From a virus (lineage: Duplodnaviria; Caudoviricetes), in IMG/VR virus record IMGVR_UViG_2595698834_000001, positions 64,001 to 128,000 of that record: DNA of 64,000 nucleotides. The stretch is one strand, 5' to 3'. The translations under genes were made by a program, and so were the position numbers. The notes under the pieces are model-generated. The model was not told where the DNA came from. It made no database searches and saw only the letters and a program-made list of their open reading frames with translations. Of the stretch, positions 19,101 through 28,167 are shown in pieces (the stretch's first letter is position 1; the number at the start of each line of letters is the position of its first letter).

Positions 19101-19670
19101 TTGCTCTTCGTATGTACGCTGTGCGAGAACATCGTTAATTTTTGAATACTCAGGTCGATCCGGCTGAACGAATAACACACCATCGTTAAACTCGTAAATT
19201 GTTGGAGATTCTTCATCGTTGTTTGTTAGAACTACAACCTCTTCCAATCGGTCAGCTCCCGGTGAAAGATAACTGTCGACTCCCTGTGTTTGATCTAGTA
19301 GGGTAGGGTCTAATTGGTAGTCAATAACCTTCTGATCTATCTTTACGCCGATCTTCTCTACACCTTCACCTGTAAATGGAATAGTTTGCTTATCGAAAGC
19401 TCGTACTTTCCCTGCCAAGTAAACAGTTCCATTCTCAACAGTGATAGTTCCTTCTTCCTCGTTTACAGAGAAGGACATTCCAGTTTGCATATCTCCATCC
19501 GCAAAAATAGTATCCCCTAATGTTCGGATACTGTGGGCTGCAATGGACTGCAACTCGTTAAGCTCAGCTTGTTGCAACGGTCTGTCCGGGCGGAAAAGAA
19601 CTCGTGTACGGTTACTTTTTGGATCAAACCTGTCGTTATATGGTGATTGGTTTAAATTAATATCTGCCAA
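16185..19670 (-). CDS. large baseplate/adsorption-associated tail protein
   Basis: 1161 aa; N-terminal SPYNDRFDP...LFRPDRPLQQAELNELQS motif typical of myovirus baseplate wedge/adsorption proteins. Confidence 0.85.
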   Translation of the reverse strand: MADINLNQSPYNDRFDPKSNRTRVLFRPDRPLQQAELNELQSIAAHSIRTLGDTIFADGDMQTGMSFSVNEEEGTITVENGTVYLAGKVRAFDKQTIPFTGEGVEKIGVKIDQKVIDYQLDPTLLDQTQGVDSYLSPGADRLEEVVVLTNNDEESPTIYEFNDGVLFVQPDRPEYSKINDVLAQRTYEEQGSYQVEGFSMWVEKSQDNTLVDLIVDRGVAYVLGYRINKAQSTRIPLRKSTDFKNVAQETHSYDTAVRKNRIGSTSVKEVKQVIARTQSPAGGIQVSKGAQDGRDALPGQYTSLISDTVVVWTTSPEQFFTYGTDFTIIEDSGVQYVNWNTGLNGKEPATGTSYNMTFDYDRIMQQGVDYKVTTTPIEGDAGWNTEIDFNGMTGLKPKDKGIIRVSYDYYLARVDIITLDSKGNFTVIEGQPDRREIAVPPVHEDPLTLKIGTAFVYPNADMGEAQNDGIVRLTMAQVVNMKDRLENVEYNQAIQALENQSIITDDPLNLRGVFADGFVDFTRMDLNASTVAVSFDDASITLMVDAPDDQVRAPEFAAGSSVAKSWGRLVTAPYTEIKEISQPFATEAMNVNPYAVYNKLGVLKLTPSADNWIEKEKITVNKEDAKTIRVDRWWRHNRTTTKDKSLRDIVNNLDLDGNQQWDMGQSLDYDKKNGRTGTLTDVASTVRSSAIEYMRQIEVAFAAENLQKNSNNLYLSFDGVRIPITPTGSTVAGSEAGTIRSDANGRASGKFKIPAGIRTGIREVSLMNSTNMAIATFTAQGTLKTTEEVITKTRVTVNLYDPLAQSFVFPQDRVVTSFDIFMASKSTTDNLIVQVRGLSDGGFPNQTVYAERILTPADVKVSANGTVATKVALDDPLMCKAGQSFCLVLITDSNDYTAWIATLGQTHINNPANRVVSQPYVNGVLFSSSNARTWTVHQESDMKFNVYTAQFQEEAIVEFNVMEDLDSDMLLLMATYLTPANTGCIWEIKAVAKADVGSVSIDSIPWQPLANYIEQETATVIGLVKLRARFKSNRYISPMLTLDDLSFVSFVSATSGDYVSLNIDSTDAPYNRLTVEFDAALPAGTKVTPKYSTDGGQTWKTFTNNPTSTRQSAEFSRYKYAQLVSSTAVNKRLKLKLELRADNRFVRPRVRRLTAVFKDEA

Positions 19671-19684
19671 GTTTACTCACTCCT

Positions 19685-20224
19685 TTATAGTACAACTATG
19701 AACTGCTCTAATGAGTACAAGTTGCTAGTTAAGTTGTACGCTTTTCTATTTTCATAAAATCTAAGTGTACCAACATCTGTTACCTCGGACGGCAGCAGAT
19801 TTTGTTTTGTAAGTCCATTCTTTGGTACCAAATCTACGTGAATACCAACTTGTCTGTATTCTCCATTAGGAAACTCTTCAGGTTGTATTTCAGCTTCTAT
19901 GTATACCCATCTAGCTTTTTCTTCGTATGCTTTACTAACAGGCACTAGCGCCCACTTCTGATCTCGGTAACTAACTACCGGATATTCTACGTCTTCCTCA
20001 TTTTCTCCGTTAGCTAAAGGACGAGCTAGGGAAAAATTCTTTACTTTTTTATATCCAATAACTTCTTGGACTGTTTCAACGTCCGCAATTTCTTCAGGCG
20101 GGTTTTCTTCGTCTGTCCAAGCAGTAGATTTTCCGATTACAAGGTACGCACTCTCATATTTTGCTTGTAGCTGAATTGCGTCAGCGATGTGCGATTTAGT
20201 AGTCGAGATAGCCATTAAATTCAC
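19685..20224 (-). CDS. baseplate structural protein
   Basis: IGKSTAW..E..PP, YRQVG motifs; synteny. Confidence 0.75.
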   Translation of the reverse strand: MNLMAISTTKSHIADAIQLQAKYESAYLVIGKSTAWTDEENPPEEIADVETVQEVIGYKKVKNFSLARPLANGENEEDVEYPVVSYRDQKWALVPVSKAYEEKARWVYIEAEIQPEEFPNGEYRQVGIHVDLVPKNGLTKQNLLPSEVTDVGTLRFYENRKAYNLTSNLYSLEQFIVVL

Positions 20225-20249
20225 CCTCTCTATTCAACGTGTCTATAGA

Positions 20250-20259
20250 TAATATAGCA
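20250..20259 (-). promoter_or_regulatory. putative late promoter (TGCTATATTA); same motif at 24806, 41106, 50783, 52622, 54632, 61611 (minus) and 61646 (plus)
   Basis: Recurring T(G/C/A)(C/T)TATATTA box with no -35, in intergenic gaps upstream of structural genes; resembles the extended -10 late promoter described for kayviruses. Confidence 0.7.
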
Positions 20260-20294
20260 GTATCTTGTCTCATAAATTAATTATACCACATAAG

Positions 20295-20321
20295 AAAAAA
20301 GAGCCACGCTTTGCGGCTCTT
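20295..20321 (-). terminator. intrinsic terminator
   Basis: AGAGCCGCAAAGCGTGGCTCT hairpin plus T-run. Confidence 0.75.
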
Positions 20322-21708
20322 ACTCGATCTCTTTTAAGGTGCCAGTATTGGTTACTTCCTGTACGCCTATTTTGATCGTCGGTCTAATTGCTACTTCTTT
20401 ACTAAAGCTTAGTTCAAAGAAGTGCAGGTGTGCCTCATAGTCGGACATCTCTTCATTAGGTTCGAATAGGATTCGAGAGAATACAAGATATTTCTCAGAC
20501 AAATAGTTAGAAAAGTCTGCTATTTTCACTTTGTTTCCTTTTTGCCTGAACACAGCTTGGCTCTCGTCTACAGTCGCCCATTCACCTGTCTCGAAGTTGA
20601 ATAGCTGTATTTTAAAGTCTGTAGGTTCTGTTGGTGATACTGCTGCTTTCAAATTGTACAGGATCGCTGTGTTATCCATTAGCGATAAGTATGTATTTTT
20701 TGTATAATTCCCGCTTGGCTCTACCTCACGCAGGTATGCGCTGTAGCGAAGATCGAAGAACGTTCCAACGTCTAATGTAAAGTACATATAGCTTTCTTGG
20801 TCTGCTGGAAGAAGCTGACTAGCGTACTGGTCTGAAGTGTCTCCGGTCTTAGCGTAGAAGTCAGGGGACATCTCTGTTGTACTATTTTGTACATCTGTCA
20901 AGGAAGTCGCTTCTGTGATCTCTATGCTGTCGGTCGAGAACGATGCTAGGTTAAATGCCGGGTTTGTGACTGACCTTGCTCCGGCTAGCTTGTCTAACGA
21001 GTTTAGCTTCGACTTGTTCAAGATGAATATTCCTTGATCGTCTCCATCTGCTCTTGACCGTGTTGTCAAGTTTAGATGTCCTCGAATACGGTCGTTCATA
21101 CCGTTCATTGTTCTCAATCGTGTAGAAGTCTCTACAAGGCTCACTCCTGCTTCGATAACAGGTGCATTAGGGTTATGGGAGCCGGAACGATAAGTAAGCC
21201 TTACAGTGACCCCTGCGGGCTTAAATTCGTTGATTAGATCAATGATGCCCGGAGGGAAGGGTCGAGATATACGAATGTCGATAACTGCTACAGTGTAATA
21301 GTGACCTAGAAAATGGTCGGGACCATTTAGTTTGGACTTATTGAGGATGAACACATTTTTGTATGGCTCGTAAATCTCAATATGAGAATCATAGTCGTTG
21401 AGAAACTCACGAATAGCTGCAATAATAGCAGGTATTGTTCCTCTCCGTAGCAACACGTAATTAATGATACGCTGCCTGTAAGGATCATCTAGCTCATTAT
21501 CTCTCCTTAGAACTCCGAAGAGCTTTCCATAGTAGTCTAACCATTCCTCAGTTGCAGTGTCTAAGGCTAATAAAAGTTTTCCTTTTATAGCCTCTCTCTC
21601 TGTATCCTTTAGTTCCTGTTCGATAGCGTTTAGAATGGCTCCGTTAGCAGTCGTCTTATTCTGTAAACTGATCTTCCAAGCAGGCAGTAAATGTTTTAAA
21701 AATGACAT
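20320..21708 (-). CDS. baseplate protein (gpI-like wedge component)
   Basis: ATEEWLDYYGKLFGVLRRDNELDDPYRQRI and FKPAG motifs; follows baseplate J. Confidence 0.8.
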   Translation of the reverse strand: MSFLKHLLPAWKISLQNKTTANGAILNAIEQELKDTEREAIKGKLLLALDTATEEWLDYYGKLFGVLRRDNELDDPYRQRIINYVLLRRGTIPAIIAAIREFLNDYDSHIEIYEPYKNVFILNKSKLNGPDHFLGHYYTVAVIDIRISRPFPPGIIDLINEFKPAGVTVRLTYRSGSHNPNAPVIEAGVSLVETSTRLRTMNGMNDRIRGHLNLTTRSRADGDDQGIFILNKSKLNSLDKLAGARSVTNPAFNLASFSTDSIEITEATSLTDVQNSTTEMSPDFYAKTGDTSDQYASQLLPADQESYMYFTLDVGTFFDLRYSAYLREVEPSGNYTKNTYLSLMDNTAILYNLKAAVSPTEPTDFKIQLFNFETGEWATVDESQAVFRQKGNKVKIADFSNYLSEKYLVFSRILFEPNEEMSDYEAHLHFFELSFSKEVAIRPTIKIGVQEVTNTGTLKEIE

Positions 21709-21723
21709 CGGTTATCCTCCTCT

Positions 21724-22770
21724 CTATTTAAGTGTTACTTTTACCTCGCCTGCTCGGATAATTTCCGACCCTTTCAGAACAACATTGCTTTTTAAGTTGT
21801 CAAAGCTGACATCGTAGATAAGCTGTCTGTCTATGTACTTGATTACGCTGGATAGATCGGACAGTACAAGGCTTTGAGATGTTTGCATGTTGTTTAGGTA
21901 CCTAGTAATTTCTGTTGTAATCTTTTGGTTGAAGGCGCTTGTGATTCCTGCTTTGTTATTCAGTGTGACAGTCACACTCACGTCTACATTCTTTTTCTCT
22001 ACTGGAAGAACTCTTACTTGTATGCCAGCAGGTCTGTAGTCTTCAAGTGTATTAAGAATTTTTTCTTTCACATCATCCGGAAGATTTCCGTTTCGATCAT
22101 GGGCGTAAATGTTAACTCGACCTGTCTCTTCCTCGATCCAAACCCCGGCGACTTCCGTGACTGTTCGTGTGCCGTACTCTAAAGCAGGTACTGTAGCTCG
22201 GCTAAGTGCAGTAATAAAGGCGTTAAATCTTGAGCGCTGTTCTTCTAGAGGTTCTTGATCCTGACCTGTTTGGAAAGCTGCGGGGTTGTTTACTTCCTTG
22301 ACGTTAGATATAGGAGACTGCATGACGTCAATCACATCTTCAGGAATGTTCCCAGTAGCACCCGGAGATAAGCAATACACTTCAAACTCAGCTAATACTG
22401 ACCCTCTCGGAATCACATAATCAACTCGTGTTTCATATAGCTGCGTGTATTGCGGCATACTCGAGCTGAATCTTGATCCCCTTGAGATAGTGATATCGGT
22501 TTGTGTCGAATTATGGAAGGAAACTTGCACCACTCCATACGCTCTAACTGCCTCTTTACGCTTAAACCCGAAAGCATTGTAGACTCCTTGCTCTACAGCT
22601 TCCAGCATGTTTTCCCGGGTTAACACATAGAACTGTTCCAGTTCAATTGCTATAGACTCATAAATGGCACGCATAGCACTTCCTACAGAGAAGTCGTTAA
22701 CATCGTGTGTGTTGGTAATGGTGTTATCTACAAGCCTTGAATAAATCTCTGACATTCGTTTAAAACGCAT
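21724..22770 (-). CDS. baseplate J-like protein
   Basis: DFSVGS, PGATGN, GQDQEPLEEQRSR, YRPAGI motifs. Confidence 0.88.
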   Translation of the reverse strand: MRFKRMSEIYSRLVDNTITNTHDVNDFSVGSAMRAIYESIAIELEQFYVLTRENMLEAVEQGVYNAFGFKRKEAVRAYGVVQVSFHNSTQTDITISRGSRFSSSMPQYTQLYETRVDYVIPRGSVLAEFEVYCLSPGATGNIPEDVIDVMQSPISNVKEVNNPAAFQTGQDQEPLEEQRSRFNAFITALSRATVPALEYGTRTVTEVAGVWIEEETGRVNIYAHDRNGNLPDDVKEKILNTLEDYRPAGIQVRVLPVEKKNVDVSVTVTLNNKAGITSAFNQKITTEITRYLNNMQTSQSLVLSDLSSVIKYIDRQLIYDVSFDNLKSNVVLKGSEIIRAGEVKVTLK

Positions 22771-22783
22771 ATTGACCCTCCTC

Positions 22784-23521
22784 TCATGTTACTAAGTCAT
22801 TGAAACTATTTAGTAGGACGACTGTCCCTTGATCTGCGGATACAATAAAATCGAAAGCATCCTCTAGTGTGATAGATGAAACTTTAAACTCTGCCGCATA
22901 GGTATTACCAATAATGCGGCGCCTAACCAACTTACAAGTTGTAACCCTTGTGTCTGTTCGAAGTGCCCGCTCGATCTCAATATCAATTAGAGAAGCATTC
23001 TCCTCGGTATTCTTTTTACCGAGATATAGATGAAGTCTTGAACCGTATAAAGGATGACCTATGTAACTTCCTTGCGGTGTGATCAGTCTCACAAATAATG
23101 ATTGCTTTAAATTATCTACTCCTCGTACAGTAGCTATTCCACCTTTATTGTCTCCCTTAAGTTCTAGTATTTCTGCGTCCTGCCCGGGGTCGGTCATGCC
23201 TTTAGGGAGCGGCAAGATATTTAGGTCCTTTCCTAAAGCCAATGCATACAGCTCGTCTTGGCTATACTCCGAACTACGCTTTAGCTCCTGTATAAGGGTA
23301 GACTGTACGTCATCATCTACTCGCATCAGGATTGTGTCACCTATAGTCACTAGATGATCCGGATTCTCCATCTTTTCTTTCAGTGTGTCAACGATGTAAG
23401 GGTATCTTAGGTCATTAAAAGAGACTAGCTCCGTCCACAAGGACATATCACCTAGTTTCTCTTGGGCAATAGCTTGCATGGTGTCTCCATCCCTTACGAT
23501 ATGTTCAACGAATTTTGACAC
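22784..23521 (-). CDS. baseplate wedge/sheath-initiator protein (LysM-like N-terminus, gp25-like C-terminus)
   Basis: HIVRDGDTMQAIA N-terminus; RLITPQGSYIGHPLYGS gp25-like motif. Confidence 0.8.
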   Translation of the reverse strand: MSKFVEHIVRDGDTMQAIAQEKLGDMSLWTELVSFNDLRYPYIVDTLKEKMENPDHLVTIGDTILMRVDDDVQSTLIQELKRSSEYSQDELYALALGKDLNILPLPKGMTDPGQDAEILELKGDNKGGIATVRGVDNLKQSLFVRLITPQGSYIGHPLYGSRLHLYLGKKNTEENASLIDIEIERALRTDTRVTTCKLVRRRIIGNTYAAEFKVSSITLEDAFDFIVSADQGTVVLLNSFNDLVT

Positions 23522-24024
23522 TATCTACGCCCCCTTTCGTTTAGTATTACGTCGATCTGATTTTCTAAGTACCCAAAGGAAATGTTCATGTCTCGGAGAA
23601 CTTCGATTAGCCCGTAATACTTCTGTTCAGTACTGAGAAAGTCAGTAATGAAATTTAAGTTTGTTCGTGCTTTTCGGATGTCTGAGTGTGACACGTACTG
23701 TAGGTTTCGGAACTCGCTGTCTATTGTGTAAAGAAGTGAGAAGGCTTCTAGTACAGTTGCCCGCAGCAGCATGTAAATATCCGGAGCATAAGAACCTAGA
23801 TCACTATCTAGCGCTTTGTAGACAACTGTCTCCGGTTCAAGCTCTTCAGCCTCTACTTCTATTTTACCACTTTTGAGCTCAGACTGGACAAGTCGTGCTA
23901 CAGTGGACAATGAATATACGGGTTCGTACAGTTCTGATTGGAACTTAGGGGATACAGGAATAGTTCCGTCATTCAGTGTAGGTATATTAGATACGAACCT
24001 AATTAAGTCTTCAGCGTATGCCAT
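23521..24024 (-). CDS. baseplate/structural protein
   Basis: 167 aa, coupled to neighbours in baseplate operon. Confidence 0.7.
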   Translation of the reverse strand: MAYAEDLIRFVSNIPTLNDGTIPVSPKFQSELYEPVYSLSTVARLVQSELKSGKIEVEAEELEPETVVYKALDSDLGSYAPDIYMLLRATVLEAFSLLYTIDSEFRNLQYVSHSDIRKARTNLNFITDFLSTEQKYYGLIEVLRDMNISFGYLENQIDVILNERGRR

Positions 24025-24797
24025 TACTTCTTCCTCCTTAAGTAGTAACCAATGGAGTAACCTAGACCACCCATCCCATATGTGTAGGACGTAGAGGAGG
24101 GTGCTTGTGGGTTTACTGCATCGTTACCCGGTGTTGTCGACATAGGAGAGTTATTAGAAGTTCCCTGTGACTGGTTAACAACACCGCTGTTATAGATTTT
24201 ATCGTTTCCTGAAGTCGGGTCGTACGGATTGGCTTTGTCTACGTCATAAGGGCTTCGTTTACCTTCTTTACCTTTTGGCAGTGACGGGAACCTGTTACCG
24301 ATTTCCGGGGAGAGCCTCTCCTCGTCAGAAGGTTCATTAGCTTCTCGTAGAATTACAAACTTGATGTCGTATCTGTAGGTAAGCGGAGAACTAACGTCTT
24401 GTGTGTAAGTAACCCCTTCAGGAGATAAATGGACTACGTAGCTCTCGTCATTAGTGAAATCATGGAAGAAAAGATCGCTAGCTGACTTGTTCCCGTTTCC
24501 TCCGAGACGAGCGTAGTAAATTAAATAGTCTTTCATTTCTTTAATTTTATTAATACCTCGATCTGATGTTTTACCTGTTGGGTTAAATCCTGTGGTTCCG
24601 CCAATCGTCACAGTCGGGATGTCATCTTGAAAGTCCTCTATAACGATTCTACTCTTCGTTTTTACGGCTGTTGCTCTATGGGGTCTGCTATAGACGATAC
24701 TTTCAGGGTTCACAGCGAATCTATAAAATTTGTTCCCTAGTTGGAACGCTATTTTCCTTAAATTAGTTTTGCCATCTGACATGGTCATCTTAATCAC
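24024..24797 (-). CDS. baseplate hub/tube-initiator-like protein
   Basis: FAVNPE...KTKSRIVIEDF...GTTG motif; synteny. Confidence 0.72.
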   Translation of the reverse strand: MIKMTMSDGKTNLRKIAFQLGNKFYRFAVNPESIVYSRPHRATAVKTKSRIVIEDFQDDIPTVTIGGTTGFNPTGKTSDRGINKIKEMKDYLIYYARLGGNGNKSASDLFFHDFTNDESYVVHLSPEGVTYTQDVSSPLTYRYDIKFVILREANEPSDEERLSPEIGNRFPSLPKGKEGKRSPYDVDKANPYDPTSGNDKIYNSGVVNQSQGTSNNSPMSTTPGNDAVNPQAPSSTSYTYGMGGLGYSIGYYLRRKK

Positions 24798-24876
24798 CTC
24801 ATTCTTAATATAAGAAAAGACGGGAAGAATCCCGTCCTACTTAAATGGTTTATTCGGTTGTTCCTTTAGAAGCTAC

Positions 24877-25158
24877 TTAGGCTCCACCCTCAAGGGCGTC
24901 TCTTTCTTCCTTCGTAAGAGCAGCCTCCGGAAGACCAATATCGATTAGCATCTGCTTAGTAAGCGGTCTTTGAGCTACAGGTACTTTATCAAAGTCCCAG
25001 TTTCCTAGGAGGATAAAACCGACGTTAATTCGAATAATCGGAGGGTATTTCGCACGAATAGCGTCGTACTCTTCCATAGTTATTGGAAGTCTATATCCTG
25101 CCCCCATAGTAGTTACCGTTTGTTCTTCGATTACCTTGTTGCTTAGTATATTCTTCAT
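24877..25158 (-). CDS. hypothetical protein in tail fibre region
   Basis: 93-aa ORF, GAAGGGAG SD, followed by a terminator at about 24814-24836. Confidence 0.65.
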   Translation of the reverse strand: MKNILSNKVIEEQTVTTMGAGYRLPITMEEYDAIRAKYPPIIRINVGFILLGNWDFDKVPVAQRPLTKQMLIDIGLPEAALTKEERDALEGGA

Positions 25159-25204
25159 TATAAGTAGTTGCTCCCTTCAAATTATGATCTCGTTAATGTA
25201 GGTC

Positions 25205-25657
25205 TTAGGCTTCCTCCTCTATCGGAACTTCACCGCCGCCGTCGTTAGCTGGAGGATCATCGAGAGGGTTTTTACCTAACTCAGAGAGAAGCTCAGAGAT
25301 AAGGACTATGTAGTCTTCGTTCATTTTCGAAAGCATTTCGACCTTTTCTTTCAAACCTGCGGTCTCATCATCCTTTTCCTTAAATATTTTCTCGATGTTC
25401 TTAAGGATTTCTTGTCGTCTTTTCTCTGCTTCTTGCCTTTTTTTCTCTTCCTCTAAGTCTTTCTCCCATCTACTGTTATCATAGATTAATTCGTCGTTAT
25501 CGAGTCTATATTTTCCGGGACTTCTAAAGAAAGGATGGTCTTCTTCTATTTCGTATGGAATTGTTCCCGGTGCATCTGAACTTGACCACCCGTCCACATA
25601 AAGTACCCCTTCTGTTTCTGTTCTGATGCACCATAAATAAATTTTTCTTTTTGCCAT
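25205..25657 (-). CDS. putative tail fibre assembly/chaperone protein (start revised to MAKRKIY)
   Basis: Follows fibre gene; beta-rich N-terminus plus coiled coil; GAAGGG SD before ATG 25657. Confidence 0.6.
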   Translation of the reverse strand: MAKRKIYLWCIRTETEGVLYVDGWSSSDAPGTIPYEIEEDHPFFRSPGKYRLDNDELIYDNSRWEKDLEEEKKRQEAEKRRQEILKNIEKIFKEKDDETAGLKEKVEMLSKMNEDYIVLISELLSELGKNPLDDPPANDGGGEVPIEEEA

Positions 25658-25685
25658 TAAAATCATCCCTTCGTATATGTATAGT

Positions 25686-28088
25686 TTACCAAGTGTACAC
25701 GTACCGTAAAACGGACGTGTTGTTGGGTGATACACTATTCTGATTGTGACCGACTATTGTCGTATCTGTTACGTAGATATATTTAAAAACAGGCTGTATT
25801 TTATCTACACCTCCAGCACCCGTGGTAGGGTCGGCGCCTAGGGATTGAACCATACCTCCTGCTGTCAGGTTGCTAAATCTTTTGGGTACATAGATGAAGT
25901 TCCAAAAAGAATTGTAAGGTTCTCCTCTGTCGTACCTACTCCAAACCATAATCCACCCGTTAGGGCATTTTGAGATTGCCCTACTAGGGGTTATTGTCTG
26001 CCTGGCGTGCATGTACTGATACCCTGACCATAACTCTTCAAGCCCTTGGCGATCGGTGAATACTACGTTGTCGTTTAAGTACCCTACACCGTCCATCACC
26101 CTATTCCAGTCGTAGTCTGCGACGTTAGCACTGTTCTCAGGCGTACCTGTTTTAGCCCACATTAGCCCTTCTCCTCTTACGTTGGCAGGGTCATTAAAAT
26201 ATAGACCGTTCAACCCTGTAACATCAGAGTTGTTTAGGAACATCGCCCCTGAGCCTTCGGTAGCTCCTGCGTAAATGTTCTGCCCGAACTCTACTGTGCC
26301 GTTAATCTTAATTGAGTATTCTTTGGAAGGGAAATCAAAAAATCCAACAGCTTTTAAGTCCGGGTCAAAGAACTGTATGGGTCTACCAGCAGAAATCACG
26401 TAGTCTTTTGTGACTGTAGATAATTGATCAACGGCTTCAATTTGAAGATTGAAAGTCATTAGTTCGCTCAAAGTTATAGTTTGTTCTACAGTGTAAACAG
26501 TTGGTCCTCCTGTTTTAAGCAAGTTCCACCACTGACCCCATGCAGATGCACTAGCTAACTTCCACCTAAATTTTAAAGATTTAAGGGAGTTTTTGTTGGT
26601 AGATCCTACATTTAGCGGTTTGAGCGTTACAGTTTTTGCTAAGTTTGTCGCTGCCTCAAACCCGTTATTGCGTGTCACCGACACCGAGATGTTAGGATTT
26701 GAGTACGGTACTATAGTGACTGCTCGGGTAACAGATGTAGAAAACCCTCGACTGTCAGTTGCTTTGATTGTAATGTTAGTATTAGACGGAGATGAAACTG
26801 TTCCGAAAGATATTACTACGTCAGAAGTCGAGTAGTTCTCTGTTTTCGTTACTCCGTTGACAGTTACCGAGTACGTTTTCATGACGGCGCTATTTTGTGC
26901 TGTAGCGCTAGAGGACGATGGTATGGTTACCTGTAAGTTTGACTTGTTTTGAACGATTACCTGATCGTTGGTGGTAATAGCAGTTGTGATCGTATTTACG
27001 TCCTTATAGGTCACACCATTTGCTGTGAACACTGGTTTGTTTGTGCTTGGGTTCGCTACATATGTAAAAGTCTTGTTTGTTGGTATACCTACTTGCGTAT
27101 TTCCGTAATACGCCGTTACTCGAATGTTGGCACTATTTGAAGAAGACTGCCCTAGCTGTGAATAGATAGAGCTTTGTTCGGAAGCTGATGGGGTCCATGA
27201 AGTGCTTGTGCCTACTCCTGTAATCGTCTTTCGGTAGTTTCCTGTACTAATCTCAACAGTGTGTGTAAAGCTGCTGTTAGACCTGTTAAGTCCAATTGTG
27301 AACGTCTGATCTACATACACATTAGTAGCTGATCCACCTTGACCGTTCGTAGAACTTACCGAAGTTAAGCTAGGTATCGTACACGTCCCGTTGTAAGTCG
27401 TAGTTCCTACTCTGCTGCTACCACTATAGGTGTTTACATTCCACCTAACATCAGCCGATGTTCTTCCATCTAGTTGCTTAAAAATATTCTCGAACTCAGT
27501 GCTCGTAAAACTAGTAGACTTAGAGGTCTGTGATGTGGACAAATCAACTCTTGTGATGTTGACCCATGACCCGCTTCGATTCTTGATGTCTAAGTATACA
27601 GTGTGACTGAACGTTGAAGATGCTCGGTTCACTGTGACGGTTCTGTTGCTACCTGCTGTTAATGATGCGCTTGAACTCATTGTTGAAGCTCTTGGGATAG
27701 TTGGCAAGCTAAACGTTTTAGCAGATATAGTAATACGGGTCCTCATTACTCCTTGTAATGTGACTTGAGGGCTGAATTCTCCGCTAATTCGTACACTACC
27801 TGACCCATTGCCGCTATGCTTAACTGTTTTAGACTTTGTAGCAAGAAGCTTCTTTTGGTTAGGGTTTAACGATGGAGTAGCGCTAAAGCTGTAGTCTGTC
27901 CCATCAATAGTTATTTTCCCACTACGGGTCATAGACGAGTTCACCCTGCCGTACCCATTTAAGGCTTCCCAGTAAATCTTCGCAGTAACCGTACTTGAGT
28001 TGTTAGACACGTTCTGTGTCGCAGTCCACGATACAGAAAGCCTCCAGTGCGAACCTACGTTAGTGTAAATAGTTCCTGATCCTGCCAT
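25686..28088 (-). CDS. tail fibre / receptor-binding protein
   Basis: 800 aa Ser/Thr-rich beta-sandwich repeats (RASSTFSHTV / RSNSSFTHTV); C-terminal LWSG...CPNGWIMVWSRY domain. Confidence 0.75.
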   Translation of the reverse strand: MAGSGTIYTNVGSHWRLSVSWTATQNVSNNSSTVTAKIYWEALNGYGRVNSSMTRSGKITIDGTDYSFSATPSLNPNQKKLLATKSKTVKHSGNGSGSVRISGEFSPQVTLQGVMRTRITISAKTFSLPTIPRASTMSSSASLTAGSNRTVTVNRASSTFSHTVYLDIKNRSGSWVNITRVDLSTSQTSKSTSFTSTEFENIFKQLDGRTSADVRWNVNTYSGSSRVGTTTYNGTCTIPSLTSVSSTNGQGGSATNVYVDQTFTIGLNRSNSSFTHTVEISTGNYRKTITGVGTSTSWTPSASEQSSIYSQLGQSSSNSANIRVTAYYGNTQVGIPTNKTFTYVANPSTNKPVFTANGVTYKDVNTITTAITTNDQVIVQNKSNLQVTIPSSSSATAQNSAVMKTYSVTVNGVTKTENYSTSDVVISFGTVSSPSNTNITIKATDSRGFSTSVTRAVTIVPYSNPNISVSVTRNNGFEAATNLAKTVTLKPLNVGSTNKNSLKSLKFRWKLASASAWGQWWNLLKTGGPTVYTVEQTITLSELMTFNLQIEAVDQLSTVTKDYVISAGRPIQFFDPDLKAVGFFDFPSKEYSIKINGTVEFGQNIYAGATEGSGAMFLNNSDVTGLNGLYFNDPANVRGEGLMWAKTGTPENSANVADYDWNRVMDGVGYLNDNVVFTDRQGLEELWSGYQYMHARQTITPSRAISKCPNGWIMVWSRYDRGEPYNSFWNFIYVPKRFSNLTAGGMVQSLGADPTTGAGGVDKIQPVFKYIYVTDTTIVGHNQNSVSPNNTSVLRYVYTW

Positions 28089-28167
28089 TTTCGTCCTCCT
28101 TTATACATCAGCCACCCTTGTCGTCTCATCTATATTATATCAATAATGGACAGGGCGGACTAATGGT

